From Gonapodya sp. JEL0774 (taxonomy: Eukaryota): a stretch of 45,967 nt of DNA. The DNA is taken from NCBI GenBank assembly GCA_027604505.1, contig JADIIX010000157.1:1-45967 (forward strand), in the 5' to 3' direction. Of this stretch, positions 11,462-26,032 are shown piece by piece (the first letter of the stretch is position 1; each line of letters opens with the position of its first letter). The position numbers and the translations under genes are program-made. The notes under the pieces were generated by a model. It worked only from the letters and a program-made list of their open reading frames with translations, did not search any database and was not told where the DNA came from.

Positions 11462-13993
11462 TCAAAACTTCGCCTTCACATCATCCCCATCCACGAAGCT
11501 GTCATCGTCGTCGTCGTCGTCCAGATACCCAGCGACCAGTCCACCTTTTCCCTTCTTTTCCACTTCTTCCGTTGCGTTGGTCACCTTGGACGCAAGGTCG
11601 TGCAGAGACGCGGCGTTGGTGGGAGTTGCACCCCGGTCTGGAACATAGCCGTAGAACGTCGTAGCGATTCGGGAATCCGGTCCAGATGTGGATGAAAGGG
11701 TCGACCGCCGGTGAAGGCGGGGGCGCGAGGATCCGGGCACCCTAAATTAATTGGTGAGGGTGTTGAGGCATCATCAAAACACGGTGACCCAAATACGACA
11801 CTGATCCAGAAGTTGCAGTCAAAGAGTGAACAACGCACCATGTACCACCTCCAGAAACGAGATACTTGCGGCTCCACTCGCTGGGGGTCATTTTGGTAGG
11901 GAAGGACTCTCCGTCCGGTGCACGCTCCATGTTTGGCTCAGTCATCTGATGCAAGGCAGCTGCAACGCATAGACAATGAAAAATGTTCCAACAAAGATGA
12001 CGAGCACGTGAGGTTTCAATTTGCAAGAGAGACGCAAACTCCGATTTAAATCCCTTGATGCCAGGCCAACCACCCACCTGGGTTGAACGTCGTGGTCACT
12101 GGACTGCCGACAATGGGACCTCCCGTCACCGCAGAGGTCGCGCCTACTGACGCCCCAAAACTCGGATAGCTCGACGGGATCACCGATGGAGTTTGAGGCG
12201 TGAATCCAGAAAGAGGACCGAAAGAGCTGGCTGAACCAGATCTTTGCAGTGACGATGGGATGTTAACGCCGATGCTTATTCCCAACGAGGGACGGCGAGC
12301 AGTGTATGGCGGTGGAGGAACCCCAGAGGGAGCAGAAACAGGAGAGGCAGGAGCGATAGTGTTCCCGGTTTCCTCCGGAGTGGGCCCAACCTGAGGTGAG
12401 GGCACGGGCCTCTCCTGAGCGATGATACCGTCAAACATTTGCTTCATCTCCACAAAGTAGCTGCGAAGCGGAGTAGCCCGACGCCCCGTCCAGTTCTTGA
12501 CTTCGGGGGTTGTGTAGGCCCACTCCCCTCTTGCGACTGTCTCGAAGTACCCGCAAATGGTTTCGACCTCTCGCGGAGTACGAGCAATACCGGTGGCGAA
12601 GATTACCTTAGCAAAGTCAGCAAGAGGTAATGCGGCGAAGCGGATGGGGTGGGCGATACCGGTGGAGATTTGTGAAACGAGCTGGACACCCGACAGAAGG
12701 TCCGGTCCGGTCAGTTCTGCATCCAAATATGAACACAAGAGTTTTGTAAGAAGGTTCGTCGGTTTCAAAGTTTCGATGCAATGGAAATGATGACTCACCC
12801 AGCGCTTTGTTCATGTGGACTGAAGGGTACTCTAGGAAGAGCTTTCCTGCAATCTCCGCCATGTCCCTCACCTGCCGTTCCCAATGTCCAGTTTTCACAA
12901 GCCGGAATCATATTTAATAGTTTAGTTAATCAAAACCACATACACTATGTCGGAGCGGCAAACTCACATCCAATGGCGCAAAGGTTCCGTCTCTCATGGG
13001 CAATCTCACCGTTGCGATGCCCAGCCCGGAATCCTGGCACGCGTCCTTGACTGCCCTTTCCACAATCGGAACCAGTGAATGGTGGAAGGGAGGACATCTG
13101 AGAACAGTATATGGAATAGCAGCCCTCCCTACAAGTCGCTCCATTTCGCGAGACTCCGTCTGGTACAGGAACTCAGGGGTAGTCTGGGAGATGGAGGACG
13201 AAACGCGACGAGATGGGAGGGTAGAGAGGAGGACGAGGTAGCGGACGCGACGGTGGCGGAGGGCGGCTTCAAGGAGGGCGGAAAGGTACTGGACCCGATT
13301 GTTGGACTGGACGGGCACTGTAGGGGACGTACAAAGCGTGAGTAAATTGCAGAGGGCTAGAAAGGCAAGTAAGGAGGCATACCGATGAAGAGGTAGTCGA
13401 TTGGGCCAAGCCTGTGGAACGCCTCATCGATCGTGTCGGGGTGGTCATAGTCACTGTCACACAAAACATAAAGAGAAAAAGAAGTGGACATTGACAAATG
13501 ATAAAGAGAATATTCCACTCCACGACATCTTTACCATTGAAACTCACATGTGCACGGCCCTTTCCACGTACTTGAGATTTTGGAGGACATGGGCCTTGGA
13601 AACTTGGTTATAGCCGGCAATTATGCGAAGCGGAAGCCCCTTCTCAGACACTGAGTTGCCCGAATCGTTTGACACAGTGCTTGTAGAAGGTGCATCGGTG
13701 GTAGTACCGTTAGACAGTACTGGCGTAGCGGTGACAGTGACGTTGGTGGTGGCCAGGACCGGAGCCGCTACTGATCCGTGGGAGTGAGAGCCGAGTCGTC
13801 CGAGTCCAGAGAGGCCAGAGAGGTTGCTGAGAGGTTTTGGCACGGCAGCAGCAGCAGTGGACGTCTGAATGGGTGCTTGTCGCGAACTGGCGAAGTTTCG
13901 TGCATCCTGGGAGTGGAGCCAATGAAGGAGAGCGAGCCCCGTGTGGGAGGTGCTACCGGCAACGAACAGAGTAGGTGGGCGTGAGGCGTCCAT
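11462..13993 (-). CDS. NmrA-like NAD(P)-binding Rossmann-fold protein with low-complexity insert and C-terminal extension
   Basis: N-terminal LFVAGSTSHTG (degenerate GxxGxxG), VRYLVLLS, MERLVGRAAIPYTVLRCPPF, FAPLDVRDMAE and LTGPDLLS are typical of atypical SDR/NmrA proteins. Multi-exon. The 3' end is approximate. Confidence 0.7.
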
Positions 13994-15206
13994 TTATATT
14001 TTAGAACGGAGATGACCTGCTGAGGTCAGTGCGAGAGTCAAGTCAGTAGGTGGCTTTGAGTTTTTGAGCGGGCAAATATCACAGAATGTGTGAGTTCCGC
14101 TTCGGCATAAATTCCCTAGTGATCTTGATCCCAAGAACAGGTGTAGGACGAAACTTGACATGCTCATATCACAACCCTTTTCGCAACATTACGTCCTTGC
14201 CATATTGAAAACGAGGACCACAGAATGACTGACGGAAGAGAGCTGCTCTTCCACTGGCTCGCTTTCATACGTTCCAGTCGTCTTGCTACACACCGTCACC
14301 TCCTTCTCCTCCGCCCGCATCCCCTGAGACAGACGATTATAAATCTTATCTTGACTACACTCAAGCATTTGCACGTTGAAAACGTCCCGACGCAGAGATG
14401 TCTCCTGCCGTAGCTGTGTTTGTACATCTTTACCAAGACGGACCTTAGACTCAATCCGGAAGCTAATCCAACCCTTTGAACGAAAAAAAGTAGCTGATTG
14501 AATTGGGGGGATTGATTCGCTTTTGCCAGCCGAAATAGAGAAGGGAAGAACAAAGTTCAGAAGGAACTCGGCTTCACCTGGAAAATGATACTGCGGTCAA
14601 GTTTTCCAGCAAAGTTGCACGAACACTCGCAACACTTAAATTTGACAGATTTGTATTCACGAGCTCCAAATTTCACCGCAGAGTTAGCTCACAGTACGGT
14701 TGTAAGTATGTCTGGATGAGAGAAAAGCGGATCACATGGTTCATGACGTAGACGGGCGAGGTTCTTGACCGTCTGCAGGACTCTTCCTCTGCCGAGAGCA
14801 ACAAGTTCTCGTCGGGTTGAATAACATTTGTAGCATCCGCTTCAACGCTTCTCAACGGGTGGGAAATAGTGAGACCTCCACAACCGAGGTGGCAATCGGA
14901 GATATGCGAGGCAATGTGCTGCGTTTAGTGCATCAATCTGTTAGTTTGTTCCCATTCTGACCCCATTTTTCGTTTCCATGCGGATTGCTGTTACAAAACG
15001 TACAGATTGAGTGCTGCAATTCATGGTGAGACTTCTGGTTTAGTTGGTCATTTGAATTCGTGTTCTAAATCGTAGCCGGCCACACCTACCAGACGGCAAA
15101 CGAGCGCCCCACACCGTCAATTCCACTTCTAAGTGGGCTTGGTGAGAACCTTAGTGTAGTCTTACCTCCTCTTGTTCATGGACAGTCTTCGTCGCGATAC
15201 GGAAGC

Positions 15207-18200
15207 ATGGATTCCAGAGAACGACGGCCGGAGGAAAACACATACACCCAGAGAAGGCCGCCCTCTGTGGTGACGTATGTTGCTCCGCCGCCGATAGGGC
15301 AACCGGTTATGGTACCACCTCTACCGACGCCACCAGTGCTACCCCACTTCTTTTCGCCCTCCAGCGGTACACGGACGGTCACATCACAGTCATGGAGCTC
15401 GCCTTCCACTAGTCACGCAAGACCACTACACATGCCACACACGTATCCATCAGTGTATTCCACCTCCTCGTCGCACATCGCGCGCTCCCGAAGGAAACCG
15501 CCTACCCCATTGAAGGCGCATTTTGCCTTCACATCAATTCCACCAGTGCCGCAGGTTGTCTTACCCAAGCATCACACCTCCACCTTTATGAAGGGCTCTG
15601 CTGCCGCCAGTACAGGTGGACTGGGAACGCACCTCCTTGTTTCAAATCGAGACAGAGACAGGGCAACAGGGAACAAGGTTGGGACTCTTGTCGGTTCGTC
15701 GGCAGAATTTGGAGGGCTGATAAATGCCGGCGATGCAGACGGCGAGGTGGGTTCCTCTGGTCAGCGAGCATGAACCTCGGATAGCGCTTACTCGAACTGG
15801 AACTGGAGGTGCTCCCAGCAAACGTGATCTCGCTAGGGATGCACGTTGGCATTGTGTTTGCGATTGAGAAACTTCTAGCACCCATTCCGGATGTTGTTGG
15901 GGGCAACTAAATCGCAACAGATGAGCAATCTCAGCTGAATGGCAGAAATATCAGGCACGAACTTCGGAGCATGTCCATTCTTGCCAACTATTCGCTTGGG
16001 GACCTCACGAGTCCTTTTCCTGTCCCCATATATGTCTCGCAGTTCACCGTCGTTATTCACCCCGGTTCTCGCCTTCTCCGAGTCGGTCGGGCTCAAGATG
16101 GTATACCAAAACTTGTCCACAATGTTGTCGCTCGCAGAATTGACACGATCGGCCTGCTGCGATCTTTGCGGCTAAAATTTGGGACACTCTCCGGGAGCCT
16201 TCCTAACTTTTCCATCGAGGAATTGGCGAAGATGGTAGGTTGGAGCGAAAGCTGGGAGGATGCTGGGGATGAGTGGTATGCAGATGGGGTGACGGCAGGA
16301 TGGAACGACGGAATGAGTGATTCCAAGGGTGGAGTGGTGGTTGAAGGAAACAACGGCTATGGAGAATCTGGCTATGCTGCTGGGAACAAGAAGTGGAAAG
16401 AAAGCGACGTACAATATGGCTCTATGGACGTCGATGGACCCACTGAAAATGAAGGAGAACCTAATTCACCAACCTCAAATGATAATCCGAAATTTCCAAC
16501 GCTCTCCATCCATCACCCTACCTATCCTGCCACCCTCGCTGACCTTCATAACCATCTTCGCAATCGTGTGCGTGATCTGCGTGCCTCTGGTGTACAAGGT
16601 GCCCAAGAGAAAGTCTTGGCAGCAAACGCACGAGCAGAGACGGAATTCACAAGTATACCCGAGCTCAGTGATCGAAGAGCTGTTGCATGGACACGTTGGG
16701 GGGTCGGTGTGAGGGCCGATGGGTCTGTAGTTGGAGACGGTGGAGCTAGGGATCTGTCTACTCCAACCAAAGTGGGGGAGAGAAAGGATCGAGGGCCACC
16801 ACCAGATGTTGTAGTGGGGATCTCCGCTCTCAATCTCCCTCAATTCTCCCTCCCTCATGATCGTGATGCCGCATTTCGGGCCCTCCATGCGGCGCTCATT
16901 TCAGAAGAGCCCGAATCCCGCCTGGAATTGGTTCCGCCACTGTATGTCCTTCGCCGACCGATTCGTCATGGTGCACTCAATGCAACTTCATATGCGAGCC
17001 TTGCGCACCTCACTGGCGACATCGAGGCTATCTGGCGGAATGCCGTCACCGAGGTTGGAGTCTCGAGGAGAGATTTGAAGCGTTACAACCTGGTACTCGT
17101 GATACCAGACAAGTGCGACAAACTTTATGTGCAAACTATGGTACGCGTGGCCATGGACTTGTGTTTCCCTGCGGTGTTGTGTGTTCAGGAGAGTGCTGCT
17201 GCTTGTTTTGGTGCCGGTTTCGGGAATGGTACCTGCGTGGTCGACGTTGGAGCTGAGAAGAGCTCAGTGAGCTGCGTAGATGAAGGGATTGTGGTACAGA
17301 GCACAAGGTGAGTTGTTCACGAAGGTGGTCTGGTTGATCATTGTTGGATAAACGTGGAATCTAGCGCCCACTTCCTTTGCTTCCTTACAGAATCAACCTT
17401 AAGTACGGAGCCGATGACGTTACCTGGTATCTTTCTCACCTTCTATGGGCTTCTCACTTTCCTCATCGCTCTTTCGATCCATACCGGGTGCTCTCAGACT
17501 TCCTTCATGTCGCTGAACACGTCAAGGAGACAAACGTGAATCTGGACTTCGGAGAGCTAATCTCAACTCGCAATATGACTGTTGAAGTAAGGTCACCGGG
17601 ATGTGACGCGAGAGTGTGGACTGTCCGTTGGTGGGATGAGGGTATCTTGGCAGCAATGGTGAGAGTCTATCCACGTTTCTTTGCGGGAGAGTTTTCGACT
17701 CAGGACATTTCTTTTCAGATTTTGTTTTATCCTTCTATTATCAATCACTACCAAAAGCTGCGCGGGCTTTTGTATCCGAGATACTTCGCTGGCGGATCCT
17801 TCCCGTTGAAGGTTACGAACGATGAGGATGATGCAGTTGTCAAACTATCCGTTTTGCCGAACTACCCACCACCTTCGGTTGAACTTCTCAGTGTCGATGA
17901 GTGGGTTGCAGGTGTTGGTTCGCAGGCTCTTGGGGGTTCACGCTCTCTGAAGGAGATCGTTGAACAAGTCCGAGACTTAGCGCGCACTGCAAAGCGGAGA
18001 AAGATCAGTGAAACTCGTGAACTCGGCGTAGTAGAGTCCAAGACGGAAGATAACCGACTGGAAGGTGTGATGGCAACTTCGGAAGCGTCACACGCCGATT
18101 TGGCCACAGGGGACGAGCTGAGACCCGAGCGTACATCCTCCTCTAGCAACTCTGAAAGCCACAGATCAGCGATGCAAACCAAACCGCTTGATCTGCTTGT

Positions 18201-19086
18201 TGCGGCTCAAGAGCCTCTAGATGTCTCAATTGCACGGAGTCTCCTTCTGTACCATCGAGCCATGGCTCAATCACTGGCGGCTGGTGATCCCGCATACATC
18301 CCTGACCCAAAGCTATCCGCTCAAGTACAGATGCCCAACGCAGAACCATTTCCTGGGCAACCGCCTACTCCCCTGCATCCTTTCGCGGATGAACTTCTCC
18401 GTCGCATTGCGTCAACGGTGTTGCTTGCAGGGGATGGTGTGCAGACATCCCGCCTTTCCGAAACTTTACAAGATCGTGTGCAGCAACGCCTCAACGAAAT
18501 GATTGCAGTGCACTTGCCGCACTTATACTGGAGCGTACCACTGGTGAACCGAGATGAATGGGAGCTAGAGGAGGCTAAGGCGCGGGCGCCTGCTGAGAAT
18601 GGACAACAAAGCCTCACTTCCGAATTTCGACCTGGTGTTGTGACTGGCGTAGAAAAATCGATTGAAAATGTGACCACGTCTCTTGCCTCCAGTACCTCAA
18701 ACGGCCTTTCCAATGCGCCAAAATCAGTAAGTGCGCCAGGGGCGACACATGCACGTGGGACTGAAAGGGGTCGTGGCCGCGGCTCACATTTGAAGGGATC
18801 CAGAGGGACTTCGTCCAGTGCTAACTCATCGAAAGCGGCTGGGAACGGTGGCTACAGTTCAGTTGCAAAACCATCCGTTATTTTAGGTCCCCCGAAAGTA
18901 CTTGTTATATACCCTCCACCAAGAGACATTCCTCCAGGACATCTCGTATGGAAAGGGGCATCGGTATTGGCAAGATTAGAAATCGCGAGAGAGATGTGGA
19001 TTGGTCGAAGTGAATTTGAGAACGCCGGAATAGCGAGAGTTTGTCAGGTGGGAGTCCGGACTATCATGAAGTTAGAACAGAATTGA
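15207..19086 (+). CDS. ARP8: Actin-related protein 8 (INO80 complex subunit)
   Basis: TVVIHPGSRLLRVG; VLVIPD..KLYV; VQESAAACFGAG..TCVVDVGAEKSSVSCVDEG; INLKYGADDVT; PPRDIPPGHLVWKGASVLARLEIAREMWI. N-terminal FTSIPPV motif. Multi-exon, and a small last exon may lie beyond 19086. Confidence 0.88.
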
Positions 19087-19388
19087 GAAACGCTAAGTTG
19101 TGTGTTTTGTTGGTTCCTTTGCGGAATTGTAGGCAAAGTGGGGTAAGTTCAAAGACAGAGATTTCCGATGGGAAACTAAGTACCAATCCCCCGCTTTTGA
19201 CCTATTGCGCCATATCAGGAATAACCTGGGATCCCTCGTGAGGAAACTCCCGGGCACCACTGGTTCAATCTATGTTTTGCTGTTCTGTGTTTATACTTAC
19301 CACTAGTCGCATTAAATGAATAACACTGCACTCATTATTGTGAACATATTGGTGTCTCTATTAACACAATCTAGACGAAACTACAGGT

Positions 19389-22300
19389 CTACAGTTTGGG
19401 CCGAGTCGACGAAATGCCTTTTCTCTGTTTCTCCTCTTCCCATAGCCTTGCCACATCCTTCTTTAATAGACCCTTCTGAACCTTCCCATTTGGATTCCTA
19501 CAGCGGATGTCAAATGCGTCAGAGGAGAACTTCTGTTCGTTGTAGTGAAATCTCATACGAACCGAGGAATATCCTCGAACTGTATGTGCACAAACACGGG
19601 GATTTTGAATCCCGCCAGCTTGGGGCGCAAGTGTGCTAGAATGTCTTCAGGAGAGAGTTTAACATGCGTGGGCTTGGGAACAATTATTGCTGCAGGTTCT
19701 TCGCCGAGGATGCTAAAGGTGGGGGTATCGACATTTGGATACTCTTCCAACTTGTGAGAAGTAATGAAGCTTACCGATGTGGGACGCCTACAATCTGGCG
19801 CGCAGAAGGGGTGTGTGAAAAGTGAGCTTTCCGGGCAGTACAAGATCGCGAACCAAGGATATCCCACCGTGCAGTCTAGTACACCTCTATCCAATCGGAT
19901 TCCATAGATGGTGTGGCAAGTCAGGGCATTGATAGAAACAACGTCAACGAAACATATACTCACGGGTGTGTGAAAATAGCATCCTCAATCTCCTGACAAT
20001 AGATGTTTTCGCCTCCACGAATGAGCTAGAAGGATGTCCGTGAGTCAAATGTATAGTTGTCCGAGTGACGTGATCACACACCATGTCCTTGATTCGATCC
20101 TTAACAAGTCAAAACCGGGTTCCGGTAAGTTTCCGCGACACAATCTTCGATCGAGGTGAGTGAACGTACCTTGATGTAAACGTAACCGGTTTTCGCGTCA
20201 ATATACCCCACTTGAAGATGATAATAAAGCTCTCAATGACATGGCAAGATAACAGCGATTAAACAATACTGCGCATTACCATCACCAGTGCGATAGAATC
20301 CATTTGGTAGGAACGCCTGTTTCGTTGCATCCGGGTTTCTCCAATATCCTTTGATGATGTTCACTCCTCGAATCAACAGTTCACCAACTTCGCCTTTTGG
20401 GACCTCCAGCAAAGTGTCAGGGTCTTGATCCCAGCGTGGTAAGTATCGGTGGAACTTAATAGGTTTTAGCAAGTGCAAAAGGCTCACCGGCAATGATTAC
20501 TTCATTCAGAGGATGTGGTATACCTGCCGAGTCAGGGTAGTTTATATAGTCCATACCTGTTGTTTTAGGCGGTTACACAAACTTGCGCTACGAATGGTAG
20601 GTCAGAAAAACAATAAGCCTCAAAAATCTCACCAGAAATGCTAGTTGCGACAGGCGAAGCTTCTGTCATTCCCCACGCCTAGTGTTTCAGAGTTTCACGA
20701 AAACCGTCTTAAATATGAGAGAAACACTTGTACATTGCTGTAAAGCGAGCTATTCACCGTTCCTGGAGAACCTTTGAAAACCTTTGCAAAGTTCACAGCG
20801 AGCTCTGGGTGTGCGGGCGCTCCGCCGTACCCAGCCTTCATATTATCTGTCAGACGCGTAATCGCAGATTTTTCGGCTAAGCCAAGACTCACTGAAATAA
20901 AACTGCTCAAATCACGTTTGCCATTCCTTGCGTCGGGGTGTTCCACGAGCATCATGATAATTGCGGGAACAGCACTCATACCGCTCACTCTCTCCTTCTC
21001 AATCACCCGCAGAGCATCACCAGCTTCAAACTGGGAAACGGTAGGACCAAATTCATTCAGTCCGGTGTTATCTCGGACAGTCTCATTCGGCAGATCATAC
21101 CTTGTAAACCATGACAAGTTTCCCACCATGTAATGTGGTCCCTCCGAGAATGGAAACCGCGGTGACGTGGAACAGTGGAACAACGAGGAGGTTCACGCTT
21201 TGTGGGTCTTCTGGGCCCAATGGAAGTTTCGGGACTGGCATTCCCGCCCGAACTGACGAGGTAATCACATTGAACATTAAGGTCGGTGACATTGGGGTGG
21301 AGAAATGAACGGATTTCTATGCAAAAAGTAGCCATCTCACTTAAGCCGCGAATTGTCCCGAGCATAGCCACCCATTGGTTAGTGATGAAATTGCGGTGGC
21401 TGCCCAAAGCAGCTTTAGGCCGGCCAGTGGTTCCGCTGGTAGACCATTCACTATTCAGACAATGCAGCTAAAAAGAGCACCTGGTGTACACATCTCCTAC
21501 CTGGTGAAAAGGACTGACGAACCAGGCCGAAAAACGATGAGGTGAATCGTAGCAAGATTGGCTCCCATGACAGTACACTCACTTGTGGCATCGTCCTCTG
21601 GCAAAATGTTCACCGGGGTCAAGAAGTTCCTGTCTCTCTCCCCTGAGTATTTGCTCAAAACAGTTTCCCACGTTACGGTTCCAGGATACGACGCACTACG
21701 CGACGCGGGTGGTTGGGACAAAGAGCGCGCAAGAATAAATTCGGAAACACCACCGCGCTTGAGATCGGGGATGCGAGAGGCGAGACGCTCGTAACGTTCA
21801 GGATCCTAGTTGGATAAGTTCGCTGTTTACACAGATGTATGCGGAAACAATGGGGGGAGGACATCGAGAGACATACGATGATAGCAACTTTGGCGTCGGC
21901 AAGAGTGATACAGTAAGAGAGTTCGTCCGTGACTAATCGTGGGTGATAATTTGTTGGTTGGAAGTCTATTTGCGGAAAAGGCGAAAAAAAAAAAGTACCT
22001 AGCCAAGCGTTGACTGTGCCAACAGCAAAATACATTGGATGTTATTCTGTACACCGGACCAATGCGACAAGCAACAAGAAACGCTCACCCATGGCCGGGA
22101 TGGCACCCAACATTTGAGAAGCCCAAAATGCGATAATCCACTCCCTTTTGTGACACACATCAACATCATCCACAGTGCGTTGTTTGGAGGTACACAAATC
22201 TTTACTGAAGAGATTCTTCAAAGAATATTCCAGGACCATCACTTACGGGTAGTTCCTCATCGCAATGGCGATTCTGTCGCCCTTCGCGACACCATACTCC

Positions 22301-22833
22301 TTGCTGAGAGCGTTCGCCAACATCCGAACCTTCTCCATGGTTTGGTTGTAGGTTAAACGGTCTTCAATTTTGGTGTGGGGACATTCGTAGATGAGGTACT
22401 CCCGGTTGCCGTGCTTGGCAACTACATCTTCCCAGTATTCACGGAGATTGCTGATGGAGCGTTTGATAGGAAGAACATTGGCGGCGAGAAGATCAGTGAA
22501 GGCGAAAGCACACCGTGTGGAAGTGCCCAAGGCAGTTCAGCAGAGAGATATGCCGGTCGGAATCGTCACATTGCGAGTAAGTAGATTGATCCCCACCAAA
22601 CCGCTTCCAGTATCTCAGACGGATGCCCCACTCGACGGACCCATTTCTCGATGAACTCACGTGTAGCAGTTTTTGAATGTTCTGAACCACAGTTTTCGCC
22701 CGGTGTGCCATTGAATCTGCTCAAACTGCGTTTCACACACTCCTCCAACTTCTTCCATTATCTGACGGTGGCATTGGTCTAGCGAAGGAACTTGGGGAGT
22801 TGGCTCAACGGCAACGGAGTTCGCCTGAGCCAT
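19389..22833 (-). CDS. AMP-dependent acyl-CoA synthetase (long-chain fatty acid-CoA ligase-like), probably peroxisomal
   Basis: KGDRIAIAMRNYP; spliced ILFTSGTTGRPK; VPLFHV; YGGAP; WGMTEAS; GELLIRGVNIIKGYW; FYRTGD; DRIKDMLIRGGENIY; AGFKIP; PRNPNGKV. Ends ...STRPKL* (PTS1-like). Many short introns. Confidence 0.92.
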
Positions 22834-23201
22834 TGTCAGTTGGTTTTCCGGTGTCACTTGATCTGCAAAGATTCGGCCCAAGGAATCCGATTCCGAGAGG
22901 ACCGATCCCCTCTGGTGTGATCGGACTCGAACTCTTTCTGGTAACACAATCTAATGAACCACTGAGTCGAATAAAAGGAGTTCAATTGAAGCAAGACAAA
23001 TAACATAGCCCGCATTCCAAAATGGGAGGTGAGGTTCAAGTGTTGAAACGCATGGGACCTTGTGGCTCAATCATTTGCTAATCCGGAGCGTGAATTCGAT
23101 GTTGTATTGGACTTATGTATGTGTTTTAAGTGTATAATAATATACCAGGCATTGGCGACTGCTCACCAAACCCACAAATGCACACCCAACAACACAAGCG
23201 C

Positions 23202-26032
23202 ATGTCACCGTCGTCCAAAACACGAGCCCCACGCTTACTTCCGCCAATCCGTCGATCCACAGATGCTTTGATACCATCGGCTGATCAATTCCCCGATCGA
23301 AAGGACGAAGCCAAAGACAGTTCCAATCATTGTTCTGTGATCCCAAGAATGAACAAGGCAAACTCGGCCATTCTGAGTGACTTGCTGAGGGATCTGAATT
23401 TGCATGCTCGAAGTCCGCTGCTCCGAGTGGGCAGCCCAACGGAGACCGTAGCCGCGACGGCAAAGAAGAAGCCACCATTAACTTACCTCGGATCATACGA
23501 AGACCTGTCAAAGCGGAAGAAGATATCGAAACCCCACAAGGGCGAGGTGCGTAACGTGGTGATTCATACGGGAAGATGTCTCGGAATGAACTGATTGAGT
23601 GGTTGGTCTCCGACAGAATGCCCTCCTTCGAATACTCCTCTCTTCTATCGCAGGAGCAGATGTCTCACCATCGAACTTTCTCCGAACGAACCTCCACACT
23701 CCATCCCGAACGACCACTCCCCACCAAAACCTGTTGGTTGACCTTCCTGCTCCGACATTACACCTTGCTCGCGTTCTCGTACGTCAAATAGTCCTGACCT
23801 CTATAAAAACGATCGAGAATGAATGGTGTGTGGCGTTTCGATGTTCATCTCAACAACCACTGGAAGGAATATCACCTCCAACAACTTCCACCTCGGGGGA
23901 TGATCTCGGCGCCTTGGTCGAGCAGGAAAACAACTCTTTCTTAGTGGCGCTCCGCAAAGCAAAGCAATCTGACGTAGCTAAGGTCGTTGAGGTACTTGTG
24001 TGGTGTTTGACTGAGGAGGCTTTGCCATCCGGACACGTTGTGGCAGAATTGGAGCGGAAAGTTTTGGATGGTGAGCGGATTTGAAATGAATACCTCATTA
24101 TGTCTCGATCCATGCCCTATGTTTTCATCATTGTTTTGTTGTGACTGAATTGATAGCGACCGTTCTGCTTCTGACCACTCTAATCCAAACTCTCACGTCA
24201 AACTCCATATCCGACCGTGCTTTCCCGTTCCTCTGCTCATCTCCAGGCTTCATCCATCTCTGCCGCTCATCTGCAGAGTCTCTTGTAGATGAACGCCTCA
24301 GAGTCAGTACCATTGCCAGGATCCATGCTGCCGGCAAGTGTGCAGCTCGGGCTCTGGCATTTGCTGATGATGCGGAGGCTCTGGAAGGATGGCAGTGGAT
24401 ATTCTCAAATCTAAGACGTGGAACGCTGGCGGGAAAGTCTCCCTTGCGACCAAGCTCCACGACCGGAGATCGACTCCAATCCTCACGTAATTGTGCAATA
24501 TCCATATTTGCGCAACATATCGCAAATGATCAAAATACGTCCACAACATTCGAGATTCCTGCATCACCCCGCATCAAATTGCTAAATGCCCTCGTGGAAG
24601 ATATCTTTCCGCCGTCGTTTTCATTGAACCCCCTTCGCCCAATGGAGTCCCTTGACAGGACAACATCCACTTGTTGCCTGTCGGTAGCTAAGGCTGCTGC
24701 TCGGTGCGCTGCGGTACTGGGGAGGTCACAAAACGATGAAAAATCTCTATGGAGCGATCGCCTCGTCCCTCGAAGAGTTCTGGATTGGGCACTCTCGATG
24801 CCGATTATGGTCGCAGCTGCAGGGGGACCTGTAACTACAGTGCTGAACAACAACCATAAGCCTGAGAAATTGCTTAGCGATGCTGGGAGAATCAGTCAGG
24901 AGCAGGTGACGAATAACACGGATGGGGTCGACCTGACAGAGGAGTGGTTCGGCTTTGCGGTAGCTGTTCTTTCCCATCCTGCCCCACCTGCCTATCTCCC
25001 TACCACTCTTCTTGCATCGATAGCGGCAATAGCTCCATGGATATCCCCAAGTGCTAGTCGGACTGCGGCGATATGTCTCGCCCCCTGTCTGTTGAGATAT
25101 CGACAGCTTGCGACTGGCTGGTGGAGATTAGCGAGTGTGGGAGGAGTGGACCTAGTAGTAGATGGGCTAGTTAGTGGTACGAATGCAGGTGCCAGTGCGG
25201 AACGTTTTCTGGATGGTAGAGCAGTCCTGGGAGACTCGAGGTGGCGGTTCAGTGTTGCAATGGGAATTGCGAAGACAGTGAGTGGGAGCGAGAGAGGTTG
25301 AGGGCTCGGTGGCGTTTTTGCTCGACGGTTGACCTTGCAATGGCTAGGTAGTTCCCCGTGCAAGTACTCTTGAGTGTCCGAAACCTGCCCTGACCTCATC
25401 CGCCTTGCAACTTCTCTCCCGACTCTCCATCCTTGAACCAATGTCACAACCATTCGCTCCCCAAACATTTGACTCGGTCCAAGCGTATCCTACTCCGTCT
25501 GAATGGTCGACCTTGCAATTAGTTTTCTTACCTCATTTATTTCATGTACTGGCACGCCCATATGACGATGAACGGGCATTCATGGGACCCGACCTCGAAT
25601 GCAGAGTAAAAGATGCGGAAGTTGCGGTCGATATGATCGCGAGGATCTGTGCGGGGTGGAGAGTCGCGGCGGAGGAAAGTCGAGAAATCCAAGAAATGGT
25701 CGTGAAGGTGGTTGGTGAAGTAAGTTCATTCTACCCGCAACTGATGACTATGTTGTTGGCCGTGGTGACGTTTTCTACCATCCTTTGTTTTGCAGGTATT
25801 GCCCGTTTCCGTTGTCACAATTTTGAGGATTCTATTCCGACCAGCCGCACCACCTCAGGACCCGCGGTCGCGACTTTCTTCTTCAATTCGACGAGGAATA
25901 GTGGATCCTTGTTTGCAGTGGTTGAAACGGCAGAGTTTCGACCTGGAACTCGTTGAGTCCAGGACGCTCGAAGATTGGAGAACTTGGGGAGAAAGATTGA
26001 CAAAAGAACTCGCGGTAGAGCAGGGGTGGTGA
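23202..26032 (+). CDS. Hypothetical helical-repeat-like protein
   Basis: Successive long + strand ORFs (23130-23594, 23599-24084, 24141-25301, 25405-25956, 25790-26032) are separated by intron-like gaps and have Leu/Ala-rich helical composition. No family recognised. Confidence 0.55.
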
